Positions 12,230 to 26,800 of a stretch of 64,000 nucleotides of DNA are shown here, piece by piece; the stretch's first letter is position 1; each line of letters opens with the position of its first letter. The translations under genes and the position numbers were made by a program. The notes below the pieces were generated by a model. The model was not told where the DNA came from. It worked only from the letters and a program-made list of their open reading frames with translations, and did no database searches. The DNA is from Convolutriloba macropyga (Eukaryota): the NCBI RefSeq assembly GCF_964194025.1, contig NC_134473.1:35960001-36024000 (forward strand). The letters are read 5' to 3'.

Positions 12230-12900
12230 AATGCATCAGAAAAGCAACGTTGGCTAACTGCCTGCCCAATGAAACCTTACGGTTTCATATCAACAAAATC
12301 CGAATGCCGCTCCGACCTTTGGATGCAGTACAATCTTCAACAATGAGCACACGACACCCTATCTTGATTCAAAACCACTGCCCTCACGGGAAGAATTCTT
12401 ACTCTGTTCGGGCTCTCCACTGAGCATAAGGGGTTTTATAATTACATGCGGCATTACGAAACTAGAGAAATTTTGCGATAATGCAGGATTTATGTTACAA
12501 CGTCGAAGCTAGGCCAGCAATTCAGATGCCAGAATGCGAAAGGCTCTACAAATCTACTAGCAATGAAGACAACGTATAGTTTGACCTCGCCGAAAATTGC
12601 TTGCGAGGATCAACAATCAGCAGTTTTTTCTTCAGGTAAAAATATTTTTGAACATTGGCTAATTCATGACCAAATGAAGACGAGGAAGCTTGAAAAAACC
12701 ACAGGAAAAATAATCTGAATTTCCAACATATAGATTTCATAAAAACTCAAAAAATAGTTACGTTGCATTGCTTTTTCGTTGGGGGAGGAGGGTGATCTCC
12801 TATAAAACAACTGTCAACAAAAATCTCCTAAAGCATACTAAGTCACAAAATCTGACACATTAACACTCCCACGCAGTGCCACCATTTTTGTCAGAGGCTG
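12230..12900 (+). mobile_element. CRE-clade non-LTR retrotransposon 3' end (zinc knuckle plus restriction-like endonuclease), decayed
   Basis: Across frames: ASEKQRWLTACPMKPYGFISTKSECR..LWMQYN; CPHG....RALH...GFYNYMRHYETR; MQDLCYNVE; STSNEDNV.FDL. This follows the CRE-type WL.A.P...GF.L.K.EFRD...RY / C.C...HAL.C..GG...RHNE.RD / DV.VEP / EDEARLDI pattern. Confidence 0.75.
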
Positions 12901-15900
12901 ACATGGTTAAAACAACGTTGAAAACACGATGAGAAAGATTGTAGTACCTCTATGAGCAACGGAATACTAGAGTTCAAGTTATTGTTGTATGAAATCAAGG
13001 TTACAAATATAAGGTCTATAAAAGGGCTACAAGAAATTAGCCTACTGCTGAAAGATTAAAACGCAGTTCGTTTTTGCGGTTCTTTTATGGAACGCTTTTG
13101 ATATCTTCAGAGTCGGGAATTTTTGTTTCGTGCATTGAGTGGACCACACTTCATCTAATTTTCTTTTGGAAAAAAATGAAAAAGAAATGATTAACGCCGT
13201 GACCTTTAAAAAACATGTTGCTATGTTGCTCAGGCAAAATATAGAATGTTGAAGTACTGCTTGATTTCGAATACAGAAAATCAGTAGAGTCCAAGGCTTG
13301 AACTCAAAACAGCTAATGTCTTGCTTCACCATAACTGATATTATGTCAGCATTTAGTAGAGAAAACACTTGTTCAACTTGGGTACACCCATGTGCTTACA
13401 TGTAACTTTTTTTACAAATCAATAAAGATCTTGTAAACCATACTAAGACCAGATTTTATTGCAAAAGGGAATAAAATGATTATAAAAAAGTTAAAATGAA
13501 GCTCCTCATAGAACTCAGCAGGAATCTATCTCAATGCTTTAACCGAGTGCTCAAGCAAACTATGCTCCAAATTGTTGGAGACCTACTGAGTTTTTTTAGG
13601 CCACCTGTTCTGATAAAGTTAACGCTTACTTTAACTTTTGACATTTTTTCAATGACACTGAAAGCTGGTTATCCGATGACGGGTAAAATGCTATGTGTAC
13701 CTTACTTGGCTTTTGTGGGTCAACTTTCGGATCATGCTGAGAAAACTTTAAACATGCGTTGTAGTCTATCCCGAAAGCATAGAGTTCATTGCCTCATTTA
13801 GATCTTTTTTGCCCTGATTTCAATATTGTCTTTTTTAAACCCAAAAATGGCGCTCCCGAGTAATCTTTGTGTTTGCAGCATTTATTCAAGTTTTTTGTAT
13901 TTTCAACGCAAAAAGTCTGAAAAACTTAAAGGCGCCTTATGACGTCCCTGCTGAAATTTTTTGCTTTTAAAATGCTTTCAATTATTTTCCTGACAAGATA
14001 CTTATTATTCGGTAGGGCTCGTCAATTGCCTGTTATGTTTATCCTACTATAAAAAAAACGATTGAAATTTTTAAAATAAAACGCTCTAAACAAGCAACAA
14101 TTTTTTTTTAGCGCAAAACTTTTAGTGATTTTCCTTTTTCTTGATTACAATATCCTCCACTTATTCCAATTCACCTTCTTAAACCTAAAATTTTTTGCCT
14201 GTTTCAGATTTATTTGATGTTTTGTGCATACTGTGGTGCAGTGTTGAGCAAAAAAAAAATCAAACGAAGCATATTGAACCAAATCTAAAGCACTTCTGGT
14301 GAAAACTCGAAAGAACAGCTCTCCACTGTGCAGATGGGGCTTACACACACATGAGGCACAACAAGGTTGAAAAAATTTTCCAGGACATAATGCATGGCGT
14401 ATAATCTGACAGCAAAATTCAGCCAGCACGTCAGACGCCAAAAACGAGAAAACCAGGACGCTTACGCTCGACATAATATCAACACATATGGCTTCTGGGG
14501 CTAAAAATTAGCGCAGTTCATTCTTGTTTTTTCGCAGCGTTTTCTAACAAGCTATATAAATCAAAGTTTCACATAAATTCAAAGCTGAAAAGAAGAGGAA
14601 AAACCCCCAGGATACAAAAACATACCTTGGAACGAAGATAAATTTCACATTTTTACATATCGCAAAGTACATGCTTCAGAGGCTGCAGTGGTGTGAAACG
14701 TATAAATGAGGTGGATAATACCCATAGCATTGTTGCTATGCGCGACGATACTCTGGACACCTGACCAGATTAGTATACTTTTGATCCAGGGCTTTGTTGC
14801 TGCTCCTGCAACCGAGCACACTGATGTAAAAAAACAGTGCGTTTCCTTGTACATACCAATGCGCTGCGGTAATGCTTCATAGTTGACTCTTATGGTTCTG
14901 AAATTTGAGAGTATAATATGCGTTTTGGTTCCGAAAAGATTTGAAACGAAATAGTAAACGCCATGAACTTTTTAAAAGTTCCAGCTAGTGTTACACTGTT
15001 GAAGTTCTGCTTGTATTGATTACGAAAAACAGCTTCTAGTGTCCAAGGCTCAAACTCAAAAGATATATTGAATTGTTAAAGCTAGAACTGATATGGTGAC
15101 AACATTTAAAAGAGAAAACACTTCGTCAGGTTGAACAAATTTTCTACAGGAATCTACAGATAAAAAATTTTTCCAAAGTCTGAACTTTAGCTTTCGTTAA
15201 AAATTAAATAAAATTGGCCATCAAAAATGCATAGTGAAAATCTTTACCGAACTCAGAAAAAATCAACTGCATGTGTATATGAGACTTGAAGGTAAAATGA
15301 GGCTTCATGAATCCTCTCAGTAGTTACACAAGTATCTATCATGCACATTACATTATAATCGCAAGTTAAATGACAATTAGCAAACTTTGCATGTTTGTTA
15401 AGATCGAATAAACTTACTTCGTGCATTGAAGGTAAGTACTTTTGTTTTTTTGGAGTATTCAATCTTTATTTGATTACTTTCCGTCGCTGACATTTGGAAT
15501 GGTTACTCAAACTTGACCATTCTTCTTTTCAACTTCATGATGTTGAACGCCTGAAAACTTTGGATCTATTCCGTTTGTGGTGTGTTTTTAGTAAAGATTT
15601 ATCTGTTGTTCATGACGTCCTTGGGAGACGATGCATGTGATGTTGTTTGATCTGACATTATACCTACAGATTTTCAATTTGCTTTTGAGTACGATATCTC
15701 TACTAAAATTGCGTAACGTTTGGACAAGGATTACTCTTCTTTTTTTCCTTTTATGCTTTAAAGATTCCCAATTGTTCAAGTTTCAATAATATTCTGTCCT
15801 CAAGGTTAGTGTACGGAAGATTTTGAGCTCCGTGGAAGAGTTCCTTTTTTTTTAGCTCATTCCTTGGATTTTGACTAATATAATCCCGTAAAATTATTCC

Positions 15901-17016
15901 AAGTGTTTTAGAAAAAAATCCATTGACACGCCATTTTTCTTCGTTGCGTGCTCCCATTGCACTTGCATAAGTTTCCTTTAGATTTTTCAGACTTCCAATC
16001 TCTTTGTGTAAGTTAACACGGATAGGCTAGCATTCTCTATAAGAAAGGCAATCTATAAGATCCCCGGTAGAGTACTCTGATTTGCAAATACAGAGATGTG
16101 TTTTCCCTAAGATTCAATGTTTATAGACATATTACCTTTTCTTGCAGCGCATTTGTTACAATCATGGATTATATCTTTCTCATGTTCAATGAAAATTTTG
16201 ATGAATATGTAATTGAAAACAGAAAAATTGGGTTTTAGGCATCAAACTTTGTGACAACAAAAGAAGAAGTATAATTTTTGCTAGTTTCGCTAGAAGGAGC
16301 ACAACAAAATTCTATTTTTTTCATTTGTTTGAAAGTTAGAGGTCTTGGGCATTGGTTTTTCAATGGATTTTTTCAATTTTGAATTGAATTGTTCAAATAT
16401 GGTGGAATGTCGCTGCAAGAGTAGGCAGGAACTTCATTATTATCATGAACTTGGTACAATTTGAAGGAGTCTGCAAGCAAATCAGGAAAAAGACTGGCAG
16501 CAAATTTCTTTGATCAAATACACGCCAATCAGACAATCAGACACAAATGAAGTGCCACAATATCCACATACTTTCCATCGAACATATGAATCCGTTTTTC
16601 TGATGCTCTACCATCACCGTAGTTATACATCAGTCAGTCAACCGGACATAAGTGGAATAAACATGGTTGAACGCAGGTGGAATAGACCCAAAACAAAAAC
16701 TTCTTGTTTCACAGGTTTAACTCAATCTAGTGATCAAATATTGGCTTTAACCTAGGCAAGCAAAATTTTGATTTTGTTTGTTTTATAGATCAATCATTTC
16801 TGAGAATTCTGTAATTGTTCTCTGACATAAATATTTAAATTACCTATTCATGCCAAGAACAATACCATTGGTTCCTTTCATTGTGTTTTATCTAAATTTT
16901 TTTCCGCTAGTATTTCTGCCGTACCTCTGGATTTTTATTTATCTTTTTGTATTGCTCTTACCTAATTTTTTGTTCGCCACTCAACGGTGAATCAGAACTG
17001 TATATCGAGCCAATGA

Positions 17017-17690
17017 AATGCATCAGAAAAGCAACGTTGGCTAACTGCCTTCCCAATGAAACCTTACGGTTTCATATCAACAAAATCCGAATGCCGCTCC
17101 GACCTTTGGATGCAGTACAATCTTCAACCATGAACACACAACACCCTATCTTGATTCAAAACCACTACCCTCACGGGAAGAATTCTTACTCTGTTCCGGC
17201 TCTCCACTGTGCATAAGGGGGTTTATAATTACATGTGGCATTACGAAACTAGAGAAAGTTTGTGATAATGCAGGATTTATGTTACAACGTCGAAGCTAGG
17301 CCAGCAATTCAGATGCCAGAATGCGAAAGAATCTACAAATCTACTAGCAATGAAGACAACGTATAGTTTGACCTCGCTGAAAATTGCTTGTGAGGATCAA
17401 CAATCAGCAGTTTTTTCTTCAGGTGAAGATATTTTTGAACATTGGCTAAGTCATGACCAAATGAAGACGAGGAAGCTTGCAAAAACCACAGGAAAAATAA
17501 TCTGAAACTTCAACATATAGATTTCATAAAAATTCAAAAAATAGTTATGTTGCATTGCTTTTTCGTTGGGGGAGCAGGGTGATCTCCTATAAAACAACTG
17601 TCAACAAATATCTCCTAAAGCATACTAAGTCACATAATCTGACACATTAACACTCCCACGCAGTGCCACTATTTTTGTCAGAGGCTGACA
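17017..17690 (+). mobile_element. Duplicate of the CRE 3' fragment within copy 2 of the 4.8-kb duplication
   Basis: Near-identical to 12230-12900; retains ALHCA*GGYNYM. Confidence 0.75.
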
Positions 17691-20559
17691 TGGTTCAAAA
17701 AACGTTGAAAACACGATGAGAAAGTTTGTAGTACCTCTATGAGCAACGGAATAATAGAGTTCAAGTTATTGTTGTATGAAATCAAGGTTACAAATTTAAG
17801 GTCTATAACAGGGCTACAAGAAAATAGCCTACAGCTGAAAGATTAAAACGCAGTTCGTTTTTGCGGTTCTTTTATGGAACGCTTTTGATATCTTCAGAGT
17901 CGGGAATTTCTGTTTCGTGCATTGAGTGGACCACACTTCATCTAATTTTCTTTTGGAAAAAAATGAAAAAGAAATGATTAACGCCGTGACCTTTAAAAAA
18001 CGTGTTGCTATGTTGCTCAGGCTAAATACAGAATGTTGAAGAACTGCTTGATTTTGAATACAGAAAATCAGTAGAGTCCAAGGCTTGAACTCAAAACTGC
18101 TAATGTCTTGCTTCACCATAACTGATATTATGTCAGCATTTAGTAGAGAAAACACTTGTTCAACTTGGGTACACCCATGTGCTTACATGTAACTTTTTTT
18201 AAAAATCAATAAAGATCTTGTAAACCATACTAAGACCAGGTTTTATTGCAAAAGGGAATAAAATGATCATCAAAAAGTTAAAATGAAGCTCCTCATAGAA
18301 CTCAGCAGGAATCTATCTCAATGCTTTAACCGAGTGCTCAAGCAAACTATGCTCCAAATTGTTGGAGACCTACTGAGTTTTTTTAGGCCACCTGTTCTGA
18401 TAAAGTTAACGCTTACTTTAACTTTTGACATTTTTTCAATGACACTGAAAGCTGGTTATCCGATGACGGGTAAAATGCTATGTGTACCTTACTTGGCTTT
18501 TGTGGGTCAACTTTCGGATCATGCTGAGAAAACTTTAAACATGCGTTGTAGTCTATTCCGAAAGCATAGAGTTCATTGCCTCATTTAGATCTTTTTTGCC
18601 TTGATTTCAATTTTGTCTTTTTTAAACCCAAAAATGGCGCTCCTGAGTAATCTTTGTGTTTGCATTATTTATTCATGTTTTTTTGTATTTTCAACGCAAA
18701 AAGTCTGAAAAAAGGAAAGGCGCCTTATGACGTCCCTGCTGAAATTTTTTGCTTTTAAAATGCTTTCAATTAGTTTCCTGACAAGATACTTATTATTCAG
18801 TAGGGCTTGTCAATTGCCTGTTATGTTTATCCTACTATAATAAAACGATTGAAATTTTTAAAATAAAACGCTCTAAATATGCAACAATTTTATTTTTAGC
18901 ACAAAACTTTTAGTGATTTTCCTTTTTTCTTGCTTACAATATCCTCCACTTCTTCCAATTCACCTACTTAAACCTAAAAATTTTTGCCTGTTTCAGATTT
19001 ATGTGACGTTTTTTGCATACGGTGGTGCAGTGTTGAGCAAAAAAAATAAATCAAACGAAGCATATTGAACCAAATCTAAAGCACTTCTGGTGAAAACTCG
19101 AAATAACAGCTCTCCACTGTGCAGATGGGGCTTACACACACATGAGGCACAACGAGGTTGAAAAATAGTTCCAGGACATAATGCATGGCGTATAATATGA
19201 CAGCAAAATTCAGCCAGCACGTCAGATGCCAAAAACGAGAAAACTAAGACGCTTATGCTCGACATAATATCAACACATATGGCTTGTGGGGCTCGAAATT
19301 AGCTCAGTTCATTCTTGTTTTTTCGCAGTGTTTTCTAACAAGCTATATAAATCAAAATTTCTCAAAAATTCAAACCGGAAAAGAAGAGGAAACACCCCCG
19401 GATACAAAAACATACCTTGGAATGTAGATAAATTTCACATTTTTTTATATCGCAAAATACTTGCTTCAGAGGCTGCAGTGGTGTGAAACGTATAAATGAG
19501 GTGGATAATACCCATAGCATTGTTGCTATGCGCGACGATATTTTGGACACCTGACCAGATTAGTATACTTATGATCCAGGGCTTTGTTGCTGCTCCTGCA
19601 ACCCAGCACACTGATGTAAAAAAAACAGTGCGTTTCCTTGTACATACCAATGCGCTGCGGTAATGCTTCATAGTTGACTCTTATGGTTCTGAAATTTGAG
19701 AGTATAATATGCGTTTGGTTCCGAAAAGATTTGAAACAAATTAGTAAATGCCATGACCTCTTTAAATGTTCCAGCTAGTGTTACACTGTTGAAGTTCTGC
19801 TTGTATTGATTACGAAAAAACAGCCTCTAGTGTCCAAGGCTCAAACTCAAAAGATATATTGAATTGTTAAAGCTAGAACTGATATGGTGACAACATTTAA
19901 AAGAGAAAACACTTCGTCAGGTTGAACACATTTTTTACAGGAATCTATAGATGAAAAATTTTTCCAAAGTCTGAACTTCAGTTTTCGTTAAAAATTACAA
20001 AAAATTGGCCATCAAAAATACATAGTGAAAATCTTTACCGAACTCAGAAAAAATCAACTGCAATGCCCAACCCGAACGGTCAAGCAGAATATGCTCCAGA
20101 TTAATAGCAGTCTGCTCAAACTCTTGAATACACCTGATGTGACAGAATGAAGGCTTACTCAAGATTCTGACAAAAATTTTGCGACAGAAAGCTTGTTATT
20201 CGATGACGCGTTGAATGCCATGTGTACCTTACCTGGTTCATTTCAGGTCGGCTACCGTAGCCAGAATAGAAAACAGTAAAATATGTTGCTATTTCTTTGA
20301 AACTAATGAAATCATTGCCGCGACAATATCATTTGGATTTTTTGCTCTGATTTCGACAACAATCTTTGTTTCACCCTAAAACAGCTGCTCTTGTATCTTC
20401 TTTTCTTTGCTGCAATTATATATCTTTTTCTGAATAGTTTTCACGTTTCAACATGGCCGGATACTGTGAATTGATACACGCAAGTCATTAATTTGTCATA
20501 TTTTACATACTATAATATCATGAAGGAAAATTTTAAATATCGCCCGCTTTTGTGAGGAA

Positions 20560-21120
20560 AAGTTCACACCCGCGTAATCGATCTTTAGTGAAAATGGATA
20601 GTTATACCCACATGTGGTGGCAAAAATTGAGAAGCAATTGTTAAGATAATGCTTGATGTATGCCATGAAGTTGACGTTGAGCCGAAATTTCTGAAACTAG
20701 AAGACGAAAACCTTTACTACCAATCTACTAGAACTATTCACAAGGCTGGACATGCGATCGAAGGGAATAACCTAGAGTCAATGTGGGGGTCTAAAATCAA
20801 CACAAAATTCTTCAATCTTAAAGTTTTTGGTGCATTGGCCAAGTCATGACCAAAAGAAATTAAGGAAGCTTGCAATTATCACAAGGCAATTAGAAACTTA
20901 AGAATCAACAAAGGCTTCAAAAAAAAAATAGTTTTTGTTCCACTTGAATTTTCATCGATGAGGCGGCAGGGCCGATTACATCACTCTCTATAAAACAACT
21001 TTAAACAAAAATATTCGAAAACAAAGGACACATTTTCAGACAAAATACTACACACCCGAACTAAGACGAGATCCTTACTGCTACCCAGCACCATTATCTA
21101 TCTATCTCCCTCAGAAACTG
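20560..21120 (+). mobile_element. Older, diverged CRE-type restriction-like endonuclease fragment
   Basis: MLDVCHEVDVEPKFLKLEDE...MWGSKINTKFFNLKVFGALAKS*PKEIKEACNYH, later SFCSTxIFID.GGRA-like and TRTKTRSLLLPSTIIYL. Confidence 0.7.
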
Positions 21121-22349
21121 ACGTTGTATAAAACGTGCAAATGAAGATTACAAAACCATTAGTCCTGTAATGCGGGAGAGAATGCTTGAAACCAGTAAGT
21201 TTGGTAATAAATGTAGGCGTCGACGCGGCTCGTGCATCACAGCAGATTGTTGTAATTTCAGAATACAGTGCTTCTTGGGTAGATATTTTTACATTGCTGT
21301 GATTTCTCTTAACGGCTCACAGTTCCGTTCATTGGTTCAATCAAAGCGCTTTTTAATTTGTTTTTGAACAGATTAATGACAATATGGTGAAGGTGGTGAC
21401 ATTTGAAAAAGCGTAATGATATAATTAGATTTAGATTTTTGAAGTACTGCTTCAAACTTGAAAATTACAAACAACCTCTAGTGCCCAATGCTTAAACTCA
21501 AAAGATCCAACGTCTTTTTAAACCAAAACGGATATGGTGCAAACATTTAAAACAGAAAACAAAACTCAACTCGGGTACAACTTTGAAGGTAAACTTATAC
21601 ATGCAAAGTTTTTCGAAATGTCTGATTTTCACTTATAATACAATAGTGATCAATTCGGCAATCAAATTATAAAAAAAACTCTTTAGGGAACGCGGCGAAA
21701 CCCACTGCAATGCCTAAACAGAGTGCTCACGATAACTATGCAATAAGCTATTAGATGACTTTTCGATTTATTGAACTAACCTGCCTGATAAAACGAACGC
21801 CGACCCAAGGTATTGAAAAAAATGAATGACAAACAGCTGGTTTTCCGACGTTGGGTAAAATATTATCTGTATCGTATTTTTTTAAGTCAAATGTTGTATA
21901 AAGGTAGAAAAGCGTTAGTGTTTCGGAAGTGTTTTGGCATATTTATTAAAATAATGATTTCAACGCCTCCAGAAGCAGAAGACCATTTGGACATTCGCTC
22001 AGATTTTGACTACGTTTTTTGTCTCACATTAAAAGAGCTCCCCTTGTATCGTAGTTTTGGTTTCTGTTATCTTTTGATTTCTGTGAAGCGTTTTTTTCTT
22101 TTTTGATTATTTTCAAGAACCAACCTGACCGTATACTGAAAAATGAGTTACGCTAATCTAGGTCGTGGCATTTTTAACAACAATAAAAAATGAAACAAAT
22201 TTTTAAAATTATCTGCATGATATTTCGTTTCGCTTAGCCAAACGGTATGTTTTCCGCGCATGCTGAAGCTTAGTGACTGTTTTTTATTCAGTACAATCTT
22301 GAAGAAAAAAAAACCTATCGACTGGCCCCGTGAGCAGAAATTTACACTA

Positions 22350-22790
22350 ATAAATGCATTCTAGGGCTCAAAAGAGGTTTACCACCAGATGCTGTATAAA
22401 AAAATTACGAGACATTGATGTATGCCTTTACGTCGACGTTGACGTTGAGCGAACTCTTCAGACACCAGAAGTCAAAACCCTCTACAACAAGTCTAGCAGC
22501 AATGAAAACAACGCTCGACTAGACATCAAAATGAGTTGCTTGTGGGTGGCGGGTATCAGCAGGGTTTTCTTCGACGTAAACATTTGTAATAAGTGGGCCA
22601 AGCAACAACAAGAAAAAGTTAAGGAAGCATGAAGAATAACGAGACAGTCACAAATCTTAGACATCAACAGATGTTTCATATACTCAAAAAAGTTTTTCTT
22701 CTTGTATTTTCCTCGCTGGGGGCAAAAGGTACTCTGCAACTCTTTCTATAAAATAACAAGTAACAAAAAATCTGAAAACAAAGACGACAC
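22350..22790 (+). mobile_element. Another diverged CRE-type restriction-like endonuclease fragment
   Basis: DVCLYVDVDVE...LYNKSSSNENNARLDIKMSCLWVAGISRVFFDVNI contains the ARLDI...FFDV catalytic signature. Confidence 0.8.
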
Positions 22791-24329
22791 ATACATTTTG
22801 TTTAACTGGCAGACTCATTAGTCCTTGATTATCGAAAAAATCTGACACGTTTCTTTGTAAACATCACAACTGTTTTTATTATAATTTTAGCAATAGCGTC
22901 AAATCTCATCTAAATGACTTTTCGAAAAAGTGCACCAACAACAAAACAAAAAACAAAATCGGAACTACTAAGAAAGTTTTTCCTCAAGGTTCTTTCTATT
23001 TTTTTAATGACATGTCACTTTTTCCGCTAGTATTTTGCATTTGGTTTTATATTGAATTTTAGTAAAACAATTTGCTTGAGCAGTCGTGGCACTGCTCTGC
23101 TGTGAGTTGCCATACTTGCGAGTTTTAGCGTCATCAATGATGTACAAACTCTAAAAAGTTGCTTCAAATATTTTCTCGGATTTCGAAATTAGCTAACCAA
23201 GTTGAAAAGAGCTATAGAATGCATTTAGATGATTTCATAACCTGAAGAACATTTTTGCATGGAGCCCAACTTCCTTTGGTAAACTGAATCTATATGTCAT
23301 CTTAATAATTATCCATTTCGTAAAGTATTGGTTACAGGTAAGCACATCTAATACAAATTGAAGCAAAATTGATTATTTAAATAGCATGGTTTTTTGAGGC
23401 AGCAAAGAACGGTGGAAATGAGTAAATCTGAGTTGTTTTAAATATAAGGTCCCCTACCCGAAATCATCAAGCTTTCCACTTCATTCCCTCTCTTCTGAAA
23501 AACGGGTTTAAAATATCCTTCGTTGTTTAGTGTTGCACTGCCGTTGTATTGAACAATATTGTCAGTCTTCTGATAGCGTTGAAAATTCTTCAATTGTAGA
23601 TAATGCATTTTTTCTAATGTCTCATTAAGTTTAACGTATTGCAAATGCAGGAAAACATTAAATTTCAAAAAAAACATTACAAACCGACGCTTCTTATGTT
23701 TTAAAACTGACAAAAACCGACGATTCTTACGTCGGTTTAACTATCGACAAAAATCTCAACATTGGAATAACGCGATGCACTTTTCGGAAAACTAGCGTAT
23801 TTTTCCAAAGTGTACTTGAGTCAATTCACTGTTTGAGGGACAGATGGAAAACAACTTTACTGTTCGGAAAAGTGCTTCGAACTATTGCACTTTGGGTCTG
23901 GAAAGTCTGACCAGAGGAAAACTTGAGTCCGGACCTCAACCTGGGTTATTTAAAAATGGACACATTTTTTCATATTTTTATTGGATGCTTTCATCCCTCT
24001 CTACCAATCAATGTTAATTCATTATCAAAAATCAATCAATTTTCAGTCAAAATTTTATTTGTTTTCTCAAAGACGAGCAGATATAGGTCACGCATTTCAT
24101 TAGTTGAACGGAAATATGCTTAGTTTTGCAAGTTGATCATTACAACTATTGAACTATGAAACTAGACTTTACGAATTGTTTGAAATATTCCTTTAATCTG
24201 AAAAAAGTGCCCAAATCTGTTTTTCATTCAAGCATAAAACTCTTTATTTACGCCAAAAGATACACGAAAGTTGGGCGGTAGAGTATCAAAAGCTTTAGCA
24301 GAATCAAAAAATCAAAATATCAAAAGGCA

Positions 24330-26800
24330 TATTTCACAACAACCGATTAGCAATACGCACATAGCAAACTAATCTTACATCCTGAAACCCCGCCATATTG
24401 CAATTTTAATTTAGTCAGTAAAGATATGACGGGCACATCTTGTATTAAAACAGGTTTTTACGAGTTGACCGATAATTCGGTCGAATTTCCAAAGGCCAAA
24501 GATACAACTCTAAATGGCCCTAAAAACACATACTGCTTTCTCGATGACATTTTGATATTAAGTAGCAGAACGTTTGATGAACAATCAGAAAGTGCTTAGA
24601 AGAATTGCAAGATGAAAAACCCAGAATAAACCTATCAAAAAGCCACTTCGCAAAGAACAAAATTGAATGGCTCGGCTTAAAATTTCCAATAAGTGGTATA
24701 AAGCCATTAAGAACAACAGATGTAAATTTTTTTCAGAACCCGCCAACTACACTGAAAAAATTGAGATCATTTCCCGGAACTGTAGATCAACTTAGTAAAT
24801 TCATACCAAAATTCAGCAAAATTTGCCAACCTTTAAGACCACTACTAAAAAAATCAAAGCTTCAGAGGGACCGGAAGCCATACCATACACTTTGGAAAAA
24901 TCAAAACGAAAATAGCAGAACCGACTGAAAACAAACACTACAATCCGAATCCAGAAACCGGAATAAAATGCCATACCTCTATAGAGGGTTTAGGAGCAGC
25001 TCTGGGACAATTAGATCATGAAGGTCGGAAAACAGTTGCATTGAATTCTCATTTCTTGATATCAGTCAAATCAAGTTATAGTATCAAAAAATGGAACTCC
25101 TGGAGGTGGCATGGGCTATAATATTTCAAATGTTATTTATTTGGACACAAATTTACAGTTATCACATGCCATCGTTCACAACTCGCGATTATGAAGGAGC
25201 ATTGCTCGAATAAGTCCTATAACAGCATACCTACTCGCTGGGTAGATCGGATTTTATCATCCAATTTTGAAATAGGACACCTGCCAAGCACAAAAATGGG
25301 CTCAGTCGATTTTATTTTGCGCGAGTCTTACCATATAGAACCTAACATAACACATTGCGATGAGCATTTCGTGGTAGCTAAACGTGATTTAATGAAACGC
25401 AGCGCAAAAAACTTCTTTTCCTTTGGAATAAATAAAATTATAAGTCAACCGCGCAACAAATTGAGGTAAACTACCCACCAATACACAAATTTGACAAAAA
25501 TGCCACCGAAAAAGCTAATTTTGCGGGGCAAGTAGAAGGCATGAAATCATTCCACACAGAATTAAAATTCGACTCAAAAATCCATTCCTCAATTTCAATG
25601 GACGAAATGACCAACAGCATTGCACACAATCAATCCACCTGTTTGTTGGCTCTGATTCAGTCAGTAAATCGGCTCTCTAATTTTGAAAGAATTGCTCAGC
25701 CATTTGTTAATCTCAACGAGTTTCCAAAAACAGCTAAGCAGAGCACACCATCCCGAGTCAGATTCGACGACGAAACAAAAAAATTTGCTACCCAAACCAA
25801 AAAACACAGACCTCAACAATTCACAAAGACACACAAGACTCCACAAACATCAGTAGACATCAACCCAGATGCGTTCAATTTATCCCTAAGCAAGATATTC
25901 AGGAAAATGCTGCTCGCTTGCCTCACAACGAAAGACGCCATCTTAAACGTGGTCAGAGACTGTGTGCTGACGGGGAACGAGGAAAGATGCAAGCCGCTGA
26001 GGAGTCCTTACATACACCGTTTCTGGCAGGAATTACACGCAAAATCTGGTTGCGTTTGCATCGATGATCGAATAGCAATTCAGCAGTTTTTTCAGAAACG
26101 CCTACTTAGGTGCAATCCACAAAACATACTCCGACAGTTAGGGGATGACGGTTATTGCCTTTCATGAGTCGTGGCCATGTATGAGCAGACATATTATTTG
26201 AAAAATCTCAAAAGGTGGGCCCTGCATAAAAATCGGCAAAAACTTAAAAACAGTCACACCATCAACAAATTGCCTCAAGTCAGACCATGTAAAGAACCTA
26301 AACGATGGGTTCAGATTGGTTTTGGCGGGCCTATTGATAATGAACAAGATCAGGACGTTTATTTGTTTGCCTGCATTGATCGTTTTTTCTGAAATTTTGT
26401 CAGCAGAAATCTATGACCACGTAAATGCTAGTATCATCCAAAAATTTCTTCAAAACTACGTTCTCTGACACGGTGTTCCGCTGCGCAATCCATTTGACCA
26501 GACAAGGTGAAAGAATCGCAAAAATGATTAGTAAATTGCTAAAGACTAGTAAATAAATGACCACAGAACAAGTGGCTAAGTAGAACTTTTGGTAAAAACA
26601 GTTAAAGGAAGACTCGGATGTTTTAAAAAAAACTGTCATTTCGCAATTGAAGCTCAAGAGCTCGATAAAATCGGAAATATACCAGCTTAGAGTATGCAAA
26701 CATGAAAACTCTAAGAACTAGCCTATTTGAAGCGCATTTCGGCCGCAAACCAAACACACCTTTAAGCAATATGTGCGCTCAACCAATTATGTTTAAACTA
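24330..26800 (+). mobile_element. Ty3/Gypsy pol (RT, RNase H, integrase), heavily decayed
   Basis: AHSKLILHP...CNFNL...KTGFYELTD...YCFLDDILI (RT); IEWLG...PPTTLKKLRSFPG; EGLGAALGQ, FTVITCHR, TRWVDRI...FEIGHLP..KMGSVDFILR (RNase H region); VQIGFGGPI...YLFACIDRF, PFEAHFGRKPNTP (integrase). The RT-RH-IN order indicates Gypsy. Confidence 0.9.

Larger units (their letters stand above)
10479..20061. repeat. Head-to-tail tandem duplication, unit ~4.79 kb (copy 1 ~10479-15271, copy 2 ~15272-20061)
   Basis: Paired near-identical ORFs offset by 4787 bp (12160/16947, 13042/17829, 13496/18283). Both copies begin tgtgtatatga.acttgaag.taaaatgagg and end cagaaaaaatcaactgc. Confidence 0.95.
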
